Program-made: the position numbers and the translations under genes
Source of the DNA: Yuukianura sp. NJ FZ-2021
Lineage: Eukaryota
Length of the DNA: 64,000 bases
Direction: 5' to 3'
NCBI GenBank assembly: GCA_046563655.1
Contig: CM102283.1
Span: 9,858,001 to 9,922,000 of the forward strand
In this document: positions 26,901-38,571 of the stretch, piece by piece
Position numbering within the stretch: the first letter of the stretch is position 1
Layout of the letters: every line of letters starts with the position of its first letter
Notes under the pieces: model-generated
Database searches by the model: none
Seen by the model: the letters and a program-made list of their open reading frames with translations, nothing else
What the model was told of the DNA's origin: nothing

Positions 26901-29900
26901 AGTGTGGAGTCTTGTCAGAGCGAGGTGACACTTTTTACACACCCACATAACTTACCAAACCACTCCAAATTACTTTCCTACAAACTTTATCAAGCCCCAC
27001 CGCAGCCCCACGCTCCAAACTTTCTCCAAACCTTGTTTGGGTTCAGACTGAAATAACAAAAAAACCAAAGTCTTTCCTTACTTTTCATCTTTTGTGGGAA
27101 AACCAAGAAGAGTGAAACAAAAACACGATCTTTGCTCTTTCTACGTCAGCGTCTGCCGAGATAAGCTTATCCTCCAAGATAAAAAAAAGTTTGGATATGA
27201 GTTTTTGGTCGTAAGAGAAAGCTGTCACTGGAGCCCTGCCACTCTCAAGTCTCCTTTCTAACTTTCATCTCGTCGTCAACTGTTGAGAAATGACAATTTG
27301 ATTAATGAGACACGGCTACTTTGGAAAGTAGTTTTTTTGAGTGGCGTTTAGTTAAAGCAAAACACTTTCCATACTTGAGAACTTTTGGTTGTAAAGTTGT
27401 GTTTTGTTTGGGAATTTGCATATAGTGGTCCATAAATCTTGGTTTGGTTTTTGCACAGAGATGGCTGCTCTCCAGAATTTGCTAAAAAGGTAGAAAGTGT
27501 AGAGGGCTCTTCAAATTCAGAGCAGGGAAAGTTAGTGCCAAAATTGTGATAATTTATGGGGAGGATGGTTGTGCTTGGTGCAGCAGTTTGTCCTGGCCAA
27601 GAGCCATCAAAACCCTCTGTGTCTTTTAGTGAAAAAAAGAAAGTTGTTGTTAAAATTTGAAATGACTGGGCGGGAGTGTGTGCGTGGAGAGAGAAATAGA
27701 AGCCAAAAGTCATTTGGCCAAATGAAGGATGATTGTGGATTGAGAGTGCTCCAGGTCAAAGGTCATTCCGATCTCTGCCGTGTTTAGACAACAAGAGTTT
27801 GAGTTTTGTGGAATGATTGTAGAAGGACGTTAACTAGAAATTGGAAGTACTGAAATGACTTTGGGAAAAGACGAGCGAATGGCTGGAGGGAGAGATGCTC
27901 TGCGCAATGGGTTTTATGGTCGCACCGAACCGTAAAATCTACGACTTTAATTTTATGTAATGTTATCCCTCTCTAATTTCCTCCATCTCCACTTGTCCAA
28001 AGTTGCACTTTTTAGCGTCAACTTCCAAATAAAAACGTTAAAATTTAAACTTGGAGTCGGTTTGTGTTTTAACACGTTGGATGATGCTGCCAGTGGCTGC
28101 CTCATAATTTCCTTTACGACTTTTGTTCCTGTGTTGGCGGGAGGTGAATTTTATGAGACTGATTCGGAAGCCTTTTACGTTGTCAACTCAAATCTCGTGG
28201 AGTCATGACTTAGCCGGGGATTACGCCGTCTCCACAGCACCATCCTCCGACTTCTGCAAAATATCACCAACAGATCCCTCCAAATCTATTTATATTGACA
28301 GATCCACGGCGACGACGTCGCCTAAGTCCCAGCTTCTCGAAATGTCGCCTCTTATTTTCTCTTTTCCAAATACTCAAAGTACCGTGAACACCCCTCCAGG
28401 TGACTCCGGGCACAAACCACTCACAAATATTCCACTTTTCCATTCCAATCCCATTCCTCTTTTATCCCATTTTTCACTTTGAGGCATTAGGAAACTAGTT
28501 TTTAGTTTATGAAATTCTGGAGGAGAAGGAATTTAGAAATTTTAAATTTGACATAGTTCGGAGTGAGGAGGAGGAGGATGTTAAAGTGGAGTGACGGTGA
28601 CCTGGAGGGAAGTTGACGTTTCCTTTGGAACGGAGAGTGTCGCTGTCTGTCCACATTACTCGGAGGAAGAGGTGACATTGAAAGGAGTGCTTATGAGGAA
28701 GTGGAGGGAGGACAATGTGATAATGTTTTCGCATTCACTCCCTCCTCCTCCTCCTCCTTGGAGGAAGTTAGCAGAGTGCCTATGAGAAAGCTACAAATGT
28801 CCTCTGCAATTTCCGTAGCATCTTAGTCTGTCTCTTTCTATTCTCCGTTGTTCGCTGGAGAAAGGCCATGAAAAAGGACAAGGCCTTCATGCACTTATAG
28901 TTACTCCCTCCACTTCCACCAACAATTTACATGCTAATTCACCATTCTTCAAAATTCAAATTCACCAAATCCAAGGGGGAAATTAACTCTGACCCTCACT
29001 TGACCTTTACGATGAAACTTGGAATAAATTTTGAAATGTTGATAATTTTGGATAAGTGTGAAATGTTAAAGTTGTGCTGTTGCTAGGTGACTGATGTGCG
29101 GAGAGACATGCGCTCAATGCAGAACAAAGTGGACATGGTGCATCACCACGTCAAAGATGAGCTGGACGATATGCGAGAGTGCGTAGATCGACTGGACGAG
29201 CAGTCGAGACGCAGGAAGAAAAGACTGCTGGAACAGGTACTTTATACTTTCTAAAAAAAATAACACTTTTTAAAAATACTCTTTTCAAAATCTAAACATT
29301 TTGAAAAGTAGTTGCAGTAAACGGTGGAAGAAGAGATTTTTATGTGGAGTGTTGGAGAAAGTTGGTGAAAGTGAAGCACCAACATTTAAGTATTATTTGT
29401 TACTGCACAAGAAAAAAGTAATATTTCCAACGGCGTCTTTTTTATGGCTCAATATTTTACGTTTCATTTGTTTGGTTGTGACATTCCAGGCACAAAAGTA
29501 CAACTTAACTTCCCGTTTATTTCAAAAGGCTACTTGAATCCACTTTCACTTTAATCTTTTAATACTATTTAATCCCTTTCTATATATTTGAATATATTTT
29601 TAACCGAAATAGTTTTTAATTTTGTACATTTTGTAACTTGACCTTTGACTTTTGTGAAACGAGTGTTTTTGGATCCCATGTGAATCCAGTGGGATTTCGA
29701 ACTGGAAGTTGAACCGAATTTTCTCCTGTTTTTCTTTCTCTCTGGAAAGTTTCGTATTAGCTCCACTTGAGACGCAGGCAGGAGAAGTTAATTGAGCTTG
29801 AACAGAAACGTGGGTGGGAACTTGGATCATTTGAGACGAGTGGATATTCCATATTCCAACTTTCAAAAAAAAAATTTTAAAAAGCAACACTCCAAGTTCA

Positions 29901-32900
29901 ACTTTTCCCTCTGCTGTAATATTGTCGCCTAGATTCCAAGAAATTTTAACAACTTTCATTTCCCCCTGCTGCGTTGAGCTCATTTGAGGACTTTTCAGAA
30001 AGTCTCTCTTCATCCGTCGTCCTTCTCTTTTTCCGTTTTTAAATTTTCATACTAAAAAACTAAAAGACTTTTTTGAATTTTGGAAAGAAGTTGAAGAGGA
30101 AAGAAGTTTGTTGGGAAGAAATAAAAAGTTTCTCCACTTTTTTGTAAGAATGGTTAGTTAGGCGGCAAGATTTAAAGGTTTCTCTTTCTACAGGGCCTGA
30201 CGCTGTTCCTGTCGTTTGCCATCTTTGCTGCCGTCTTGGGAATGCTTCAGTTTGGCTACAATACGGGCGTAATTAATGCCCCCAAACAGGTAACTTCCAC
30301 ACTCAAACTTTGTCCATCAACTTTTACTCTCAACTTCATCACGCCCTTTCCTCAAAAACACTATTAAAAAACACACTTTAAAAAGTGAGTGTGTAAACCC
30401 ATCTATTTTTCTACAAAACTTCAAACTACCAAACGAGCCCTGGGCTAAAAATCTTTTTGGTTTAATTTCATGTTCAGTTTATGCTCAAACCGCAAACCAA
30501 AAGAAGTTTAATTTAGTTTTTAAGGTTAGTGGTTAATCGTCTGACCAAGGAACCATATTGTTAGAATTTCCATGTTGAAGTGGGCACTAAACCTCCTTTT
30601 AAGTCTGATTTGTGATTGAGGAGTGACAGGGAGAATGCAGAGTGAAAGTTGGAGCATAAAGCACGTAGTGCGTATCAGATCTCATCAGAACCACTTTGGC
30701 CTAACCCACCCACCTTTAACTTTCTCCCGCCAAAACTAATGTCTCGAGGCAACCGAAAAGCACTAGAAAGAGCCGGTTAAATATGGATGATAGCTTTCCC
30801 TTTATGCCTTCCCGCCTCTTCTTTAACACAAAAGAAACCAACTAGAACTTAACCGAAAGTTAACGTGAAGGAAGTTGAGGAGACTCAAGTAGGAAATAAA
30901 TACAATTAAGAGGAACAATTACGCTCTCTCTCTCTTGTTACGGGAGAGAAAGTATTAAAATGAATGGGACAAATATGATGACCCGCTTTAAATTATCCCG
31001 CCAAAACCAACTCAGGTGGGTCAACCAATGCACATTACGTTAAGCCATCTTCATACAAAGTCTCGAGCAAACTAAATCCTGGAACTTTCTCCAGAGATGA
31101 AAGTTTTGGCAGGAGTTGTGAATTTGATGAGGCCGAGACGCGGCGGTTGATTTGAAATTGTTGGCAAGAGAGGTCGAACTTTGACCTTTGTGCGGAGGCC
31201 AACAAAAGTTTTATGGGTCACGTCTCTTGCGAGTATCTTTTGCCGCCCATTTCAAATGGCCTCAAATTTGTACACTTCCATTCCATCCAGCACACGCAGA
31301 CAGCCAAAAGAGCAGCACAACGAACATGACTTGATCAGAGAGGCGGAACAATTTTTTCAAAAATATTTTTTTTAGTTCACGTTAAATGGGATTTGAAATG
31401 AGACAATTGAACAAAGTCCCTCGGTCTGTCTGCTTCTGCGCAGATCTTTGCCTGATCTGTGTCGTTAGTGATCATAACTGAGGAGGATGAGAGTCAATCA
31501 GTCAGTTTTGGGCGGGAAGCCAACTTTCAAAAATTTCAAACTGCACTCCTTACATTGAACGTCATTTAAAATTCTTTGTCTTACCCTGCCTCAACGTAGT
31601 CGTATTAATTAGAGATGCAAAGGAGGAAAGTGTGAATTTCCGGAACATTATTTTCCCGGGAGGGTAAAGTTTTTGATTGAGGAAAGACGAGGAGGGAAAT
31701 TCAAAAAGTGAGAAGGACTCTCATTTATTACCTCCACAAAACTAAAAGTTCGCAGAGAGACCTCATTTTTATTCATGGAGCGAAACAGGACTTTCTCCTT
31801 CCGCTTTCCCCTGATTTGTCAAATACTCCACCTTCTTCCCGCTTCCGCTCTTACCAAACTCTAACCAGCCTTTGGAATTACAAAAATCACTCCCTCCGTC
31901 AAAAACTTAAAACAAAATTTAAATAAATTTGGTCTAAAGTTAGACTTTCCTCTTCTTTGTTCGGTTTCTGCTCAAAAGTTGTGCAGAACGTTAAAGTGCG
32001 TAGGAACGACTCTGCTTCAGTCCAAACTTAGCCATGTCTTTTTTCATTTTCGGGAGAAAAGAGAAAGTTCTCTGCGGGCATTTGGAAGTAGTTGGGTCGT
32101 GGACTAGAAAAAAAAGAGAAAGTGGTGGTGCAGCACACAAAATAAGTTTATAGGCTTTTTCATGAAAAAAGAAGGAGGCTAAGAGAAAAATAGACCGAGA
32201 ACCCCGGATGATTCAATCACCCCGAATTTCCATCCAATCCAAACTTCCCTCCGAGTACAAAAAAGCAGACTTAAGAAATTGGCCAACTTTCTTCTTCTTC
32301 CAAAGCATGCGCCTAACAAAAACAATTTTATTTTCTATGGAGCGGAGCCATTTTAGTACAAGGACGAACAACTTTCTTCTGCTCCAAGGAAAGCCAAGAG
32401 CAACCTACGCTTTGTAGCTTATTTTGGATGTTTCAAAAGTTTCAAAAATCTGATCCAATAAAAAATAAAATGTTTTGAACATTTTTCTATTTTATTCAAA
32501 ATGGGCACAAAGTGTCCCTCTTTACTTTCAAATTTTGAAATTTCCAAGTGCGTCTTCTGTTCTCCAACGTGCATTTTATTTCCACTTGCCTCAAATCCTC
32601 AAGTATTTTCTTATTATTCTAAAGGTTTTCTGAAACTTTTTCAAAATGTGCCTATCTTGTTGGCTTGTGGAGATGGAAAAAGTGATACTGCAGGATCAAA
32701 TCCAACCTCCGTTTAAAGCTTAAAGGATTTGAGTTCTCCCGCATTTTTGTTCCACTTTTTAGAATATTTCTGGATCGTATCGACGCACAAAGTTGGACAA
32801 AGCCTATCTCCTCGGAACAACTTTTTTCAAAGTTTGAACTTGGCGGGTTTGGCTGAGGGCGGATGATGACATTTTGTAATATTAATGTTGCCACTTTATT

Positions 32901-35900
32901 ATTTTGGATTGTGGGCTGTTCGTTTGTGGCGGGAATGCAGGAGGGATGAAGTGGAAATGTATGTTTTGGTCCAATTGTCTTCTACTTTCTCTTTCCATAA
33001 TCTTCACTCACTCTCAATTTGAGTTCCATCCATTTTCCCTCTGTGTCCATAACCATAAGAAGTATTAGCATATGCACCAACCTCATTTCCACTTTCCATT
33101 AAACTTTACGCCCAGTCTCCAGGGACGACTTTCCAACTTTCACTTTTGCACAAACACAACACATTTCCATCAAAGGAGGTCAGAGGTCACTGACCTCTCG
33201 AATCTCTGGCGCTACAGTCACAGTTTGCCCGAATTGAGACAAAACAAGTAAAGTTGGGGCTACTTTGGAAATGCAACAACGACAAATTAGGAAGATTGAA
33301 TCTTGCGGAACTCAAATCTCCCGGGACACGAGAGTTTAGTTCTAAGACTAACTCTGCACAATGAATTATTACTCAACTCTGACCTTAACTTTCTATTTTG
33401 TTTTACTTTCTTTCTTGTTTTTAGGAAATTGAGGCTTTCATGCTAGAAATTCACAAAGGGAGGCTTTTGGCGACACCAACACAAGCCAAAGGAGCGACGA
33501 CAAAGGAGGAGACAGCAGATGAGAAACTAGACGTTGAGTTTTTGTACTCCATTGTTGTGTCAATATTTCAAGTGGGTGGGATGCTGGGTGGCTTCAGTGG
33601 TGGCATCATCGCAAACCGTTTCGGAAGGTGAAAAAACTTTTTAAAACAAGACAATTTTAAAAAGTGTTAGTTTTAAAAAAAGAATTTAATGAGTTTTGAA
33701 TTGTGGTTTCAGGAAAGGGGGACTTTTGCTCAACAATTTGCTGGGGATTTGTGGTGGATGTCTGATGTGGATGACAATGGCATCCAATGCCTATGAAATG
33801 TTGATTATTGGTCGATTTATTATTGGAGTTCACTGCGGTAAGCCACTTCAACTCTCAAAACTTATTGCCTAACCTGTTAAAGAAAAAACTATTTTCTTGT
33901 TTACGAACCTTGCCTCTCACTTTCTCTCTTAATTCCAAGACTTAAGTTGTGAAGTGTTGGTGTGAGGGATTAGAGTGTCATAAATCAAAAGTTGAAAAGT
34001 GTTGTTTGTAAGATACTATTAACAAGGTTAGTTTTGAGCAAGTTGAAGAGTTTAATGTCATGTCATGTCAAGAGAGAAACGGAGCGAGAGGAACGGGAGA
34101 GGCTATAAAGTTGGAGATGGATTTTAGACGTTTGGAAGCGAGAGGAGGGAAACCGCCTTTCATGTTCGGTGGAGTGTGAGTTGGATCTGAGCATTAGCAA
34201 GAAGTTACAAACTTTCTTTTCTGATTTGAATTCAGAACAAAGTGCACCGCCGTCTCACTTTGTGCACAAAGAATTAAGCCCACTTTCTCCAACTTTAGGA
34301 AATGGCATGACAGCACGCACGCAACTCCCTTTCCAGTAATAAGCTCCGTTCCTCTTGTCTAATCATACTTTCCGCACTAACCCCCACTCATTTTTTACAC
34401 AAAACGAGATTATTTTTTGAAAAAGTTGCAACATGAGTCATGATTTGTGTTCAGAACAAAAGTTGTACAATGGTGGACCTCGTAAAGGTAAAGTACATTG
34501 GGTCCTGCGCGGGAGTGGGCGGTCAGAACAAAGTTTTTTGTGACTTTGAAGGAAAGTTTGTTGCGCCAAAAGTGCAGTGAAAAGTTTTGGGGCGCGATAG
34601 GTTTGAGTTAATATTTTGAAAATGGGTGTTTGTTTTCTGTTTTTGCAGGCGTAAATACAATCCTGGTGCCGATGTACGTGTCGGAAATTGCTCCATTAAA
34701 TCTCCGGGGTATGACAATTCCAAAAATTTCAAACACGGAAACACCATTTTTGAATTTCCCGCCAAATTTGAACTTTTTGTAGGTGCTCTGGGAACTGTGA
34801 ATCAATTAGCTGTGACTGTAGGACTCTTAGTTTCTCAAATCCTGGGAATTAATCAACTCCTGGGCACTAAAGAAGGATGGCCACTCCTCCTAGGTTCGCA
34901 CTCTTTAGAATGACCTTTGACCTCTGAGTGACCTTTGACCTTTGCGTAGGTCTGACTGTGGTTCCAGCGGTGCTGCAATTGCTGTTATTACCAATGTGCC
35001 CTGAGTCTCCCAGATACTTGTTAATTACTCGGCAGAGAGAGGATGAAGCCAGAAGAGGTGAGCTTAAGCGGGTTACGGGGAAACTTTGAGAGAAAGCTTC
35101 TTTATAACTTTAATTATGAGCAAGATTTAAAAGTTTTCAACAAAAGCCGAGATTAAAACCAACACTAAAACCAAACCTTTATGATTCCGCTTTCTTACTC
35201 ACTCAAAATCCCAACTCAAATTTATCTTCCCCCACTTTCTCTGAGGAGATTTCCATGAAAACTTTAGTAGAATTGTATTGACAACTTTTAATATTTTTCT
35301 TGGAAAAATGAGTAACTGAAATTTTGAAATTTTTAAATTTAGCACTGCGTAAGTTCCGAGCTTGTCAGCATGTAGAAGAGGACGTGGACGAGATGCGAGC
35401 GGAGATCCGAGCTCAGCAGTCGGAGACTTCTATTTCGATGCTGCAACTGCTGCTGTCGCCCTCTCTGCGCATGCCCCTCTGTATTGCCATTGTGATGCAA
35501 CTGTCGCAGCAACTCTCAGGAATCAACGCTGTGAGTCTTAACTTCTGAATCCTAATGAACACACTTTCATATCCTCCAGTCCATGACTTTAGTTGAGAGT
35601 GACATTGAGGCATGTTAATGCTAATCCACCCTCCCAACTAATTCACAGCCTCTATTTGCACAACCACTTTCTCCACACTCTCTGTCAATATTTGGACTCT
35701 CACACAATCTGTCAAGGATCCACACTTTTTCAATTTCCCCCATCCCTACCAAACCTCATTCCTCAAACAACATTTTACAAATCACAAAGTCATTCACTTT
35801 ACACTTTTCTGTGAAAGCACGCAGTGAAAAACCGCAGAGGAAAGTTTCATCTGTTGGCTCAAACTTCTTTTCAACTGTGACAAAATCAGACATTTCTTTT

Positions 35901-38571
35901 GGAAGTTTAGTTTTATTTTGAGTAGATACATTCCCATTTCCAATCTATGTAGTGAAAGTAGTAAAGAGAAGGGAGCAATGTGTAATATGAAAACAAGGAA
36001 ATCAGTACCATCGGAAAAAAGTGAAAGCGGGAGGGAGACTACTGTGCTCTTCCAGTCACTTGGTGATTGATGATCTCCAGGCCAAAGAACCTCAAAGGCC
36101 TCAACCACTTTTCTATATTCCTTTCTACTTTTTTTGAAAATGGCACCTCCTGAAAAATAGAACTATTGTCATGGACTCCCTTCAGCACAATACTCTCCCA
36201 AATCCAATCTTCACACTTGACTTTTGACACTCATTTCTCGTGGGAGTTTGATGGATTTGTTAATTCGTAGGTGCTCAACTACTCGACTGATTTCTTCATG
36301 GAGTTGGCTGGACTGGGGCAGGACCAGGCCAAGTTTGCGTCGATGGGAGTGGGAGCCATCATGGTCGGCATGACACTCATCTCCATCATGCTCATGGACA
36401 GAGCGGGCAGGCGCAGTCTGCATCTCTACGGCCTCGGAGGCATGTTCGTCTTCTCACTCTTCATCACCATAGCAATGCTCATCAAGGTAACACACAGTTC
36501 AAAAAACTCACAACAAACTACAAAAATAGGTGATTTGTGATGCAAAAACCTCGTGGGGTTTTGGCTTTTTAAATCAGAGAAAGTCAAAGAAAAAGCGGAA
36601 GTTTATAGACTTGGTTCCTGAAATGTTGACTTTGATGTTTTGTGCTAATGGAGTGCGGGTTACATTAAAAATGTGTGGAACTTAAAACTCCCTCGACACA
36701 AGATGAGACAGTGAGTGATGATGAAAGGAGGTTTTCGCACTTTGTGTTGTGGAATGAGAATCAGTGATGATCTATGATTATGCTAATGCAGTCAACAACC
36801 TCCATTCTCAGAGAAAGTACAGCGTGTTTGGGAGAAAGCAGGGACTGTTTGAGCATAAATCCACAACTTCCATTTTGGTTGAAGATGAAATATAGAATGT
36901 CGACGGGGGTCAAAACCAAAATGGAGTTTGGAAGTCTCTCTGCATGCTGTCTTGTGTTGGGCAGAGATGAGTTTGTGTGGTCACTCGGATGGAACCAAAA
37001 CATTTGTCAACTGTCCCACTTTCTGGACTCAAAAAAAGAGAAAGTCTTAATTACTTTGTCTTCTCCACATGCGTCTCCTTTTGATTTATTTCTCAAACTT
37101 ATGAATTCTGCTCCTCCTCTCAAACACTTTGTCTTCACACGAGTCATGTCCACTTTCTTTTCCAAAATGTTTTTATTAAAAAGTGTTGTTAAAAAGTGTT
37201 TTTGTGGATTGTAGGAGTTTTTCTCGTTGTTCAAGGAGATCCTTGACTGGATCTCGTACTTGGCAGTCATCTTCACCCTGTGCTTCGTCGTGTTCTTTGC
37301 GGTGGGTCCAGGGTCCATCCCTTGGATGATCACTGCTGAGCTGTTCACGCAGGGACCAAGGGCCGCTGCCATGGCCATGGCCAACCTCGTCAACTCATTC
37401 TCAAGTCTCCTCGTCTCCATCTCATTCCTCTGGATGAAGGTAACTTAACTTTAATTAACTTCATTTTAACTTAGTTTTAACTTCAATTTAACTTCAATTT
37501 AGGCTCACATGGGGAGCTACGTATTCCTGCCATTCAGTGTCCTGCTAGCCATCTTCTGGACTTTCACCTACAGAAAAGTACCAGAAACAAAAAACAAAAC
37601 ATTTGAAGAAATATCTGCACTCTTCAAACGAAATGGCGCCAGGTATGCTTTCTCTCAAGAATTTCAAAAGTTCAAAATTTTGAAAATGTTGCTTTCTTTT
37701 TTTGAAGGTCACCTGATGATGATGATGCTCATATATACGGGTGAGTAGAACACGGAAAATTCAAAATTCAAAATTTTGAAACTGTTTTTGGTAGGATGTT
37801 GAATTGTAACAATTCGATGGGTGGCGGTGGATCTCTGCCTCAAGAAAGTTCGGCCTTGATAGAAGAGCGGGACAAGCAGCAACCGACTCAAGAAATCTTA
37901 TGTGAGGAAGAGTATGATTACAACCATCTCTAACATTTACTTTCTCTTTTGAGTGGATCTGCTAAAGAGTGCATTTTAAGCATCTTGGCTGCTTCTTCAT
38001 CTTCAGACATCCTCAGTTGGCCTATCATACTTTTATGTCTGTGCCTTTAACTCCCAAAACTTGGGAAATTTACTACAACCTACGCAAGAATTTTGGCTTC
38101 TTCAACTAAACTTTCTCTCCTCTGACAAGACAAAGGCTAATGACATATTTTGCATTCTTCTATACTTTTAACCTGCTTTTTAATTCTAAGGAACCAAACA
38201 ACTAAGGATGCTTTTAAACACTAAGCTTCCAACTCTAAAAATGACAACTCAAAAGACACTTTTCTAAAAATAAAAAGTAGAATTCGTAGATTTTTAAATT
38301 CTTAATAAGTTTGTGCCTTGCGCATGGATTTCTTAATTTTGCACTCTAGCACTCTAGCACGTCCTCGCATGAGCATGGTTTTTGCTTTTTTGAATTAAAA
38401 ATTAAAACTAAAACTAACTTTAAATATTTCTGTTGTAAACACAAAGCTTCCGGAAGGTCGTCCCCTCCGTGTGACCCTTCAAGTCCCCCCGGGGCAAATG
38501 GCCCCCCGCCCCCCGTGCCCTTCGCCATTCCTCCCTACCCACCGCGGTTCCTGGACGACAACGCCGTTTGA
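20937..38571 (+). CDS. Glut1: Facilitated glucose transporter (MFS sugar porter, class I GLUT; orthologue of insect Glut1), long N-terminal isoform
   Basis: Frame-consistent exons: 20937..21516, 23215..23494, 26573..26608, 26726..26924, 29087..29236, 30194..30289, 33425..33627, 33713..33837, 34649..34708, 34783..34893, 34950..35057, 35343..35530, 36271..36486, 37215..37439, 37503..37642, 37708..37740, then either 37795..37933 (stop) or 37795..37901 + 38447..38571. Hallmark motifs: [72 protein letters not shown]. Confidence 0.95.
22305..22763. mobile_element. hAT-type MITE (459 bp) carrying an internal minisatellite, in a Glut1 intron
   Basis: Perfect 18-bp TIR cagaggcgcaaaacatat (22305-22322 and 22746-22763). 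8-bp TSD ctaattac at 22297-22304 and 22764-22771. Confidence 0.9.
22522..22697. repeat. 11-bp minisatellite (atag[c/t]ca[c/g]aac), ~16 copies
   Basis: Head-to-tail units read directly from the sequence; no spacers. Confidence 0.95.
23075..23200. repeat. Degenerate ~32-bp tandem repeat (core tttgtgttaaaaag), 4 copies, just upstream of a Glut1 acceptor
   Basis: The core recurs four times at about 32-bp spacing. Confidence 0.65.
33177..33196. promoter_or_regulatory. Composite nuclear-receptor element: perfect DR1 overlapping a perfect IR1 (EcR/USP-type palindrome)
   Basis: AGGTCAgAGGTCAcTGACCT in the Glut1 intron before the exon at 33425. Function is inferred only. Confidence 0.5.

Noticed and set aside
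32763-32860. Possible mutually exclusive Glut1 exon for the first extracellular loop
   Set aside because: No similarity to the loop/TM2 sequence and no compatible donor before a stop.
36774-37214. 146-aa plus-strand ORF inside a Glut1 intron
   Set aside because: No domain, intron-like composition, ends at the splice acceptor.
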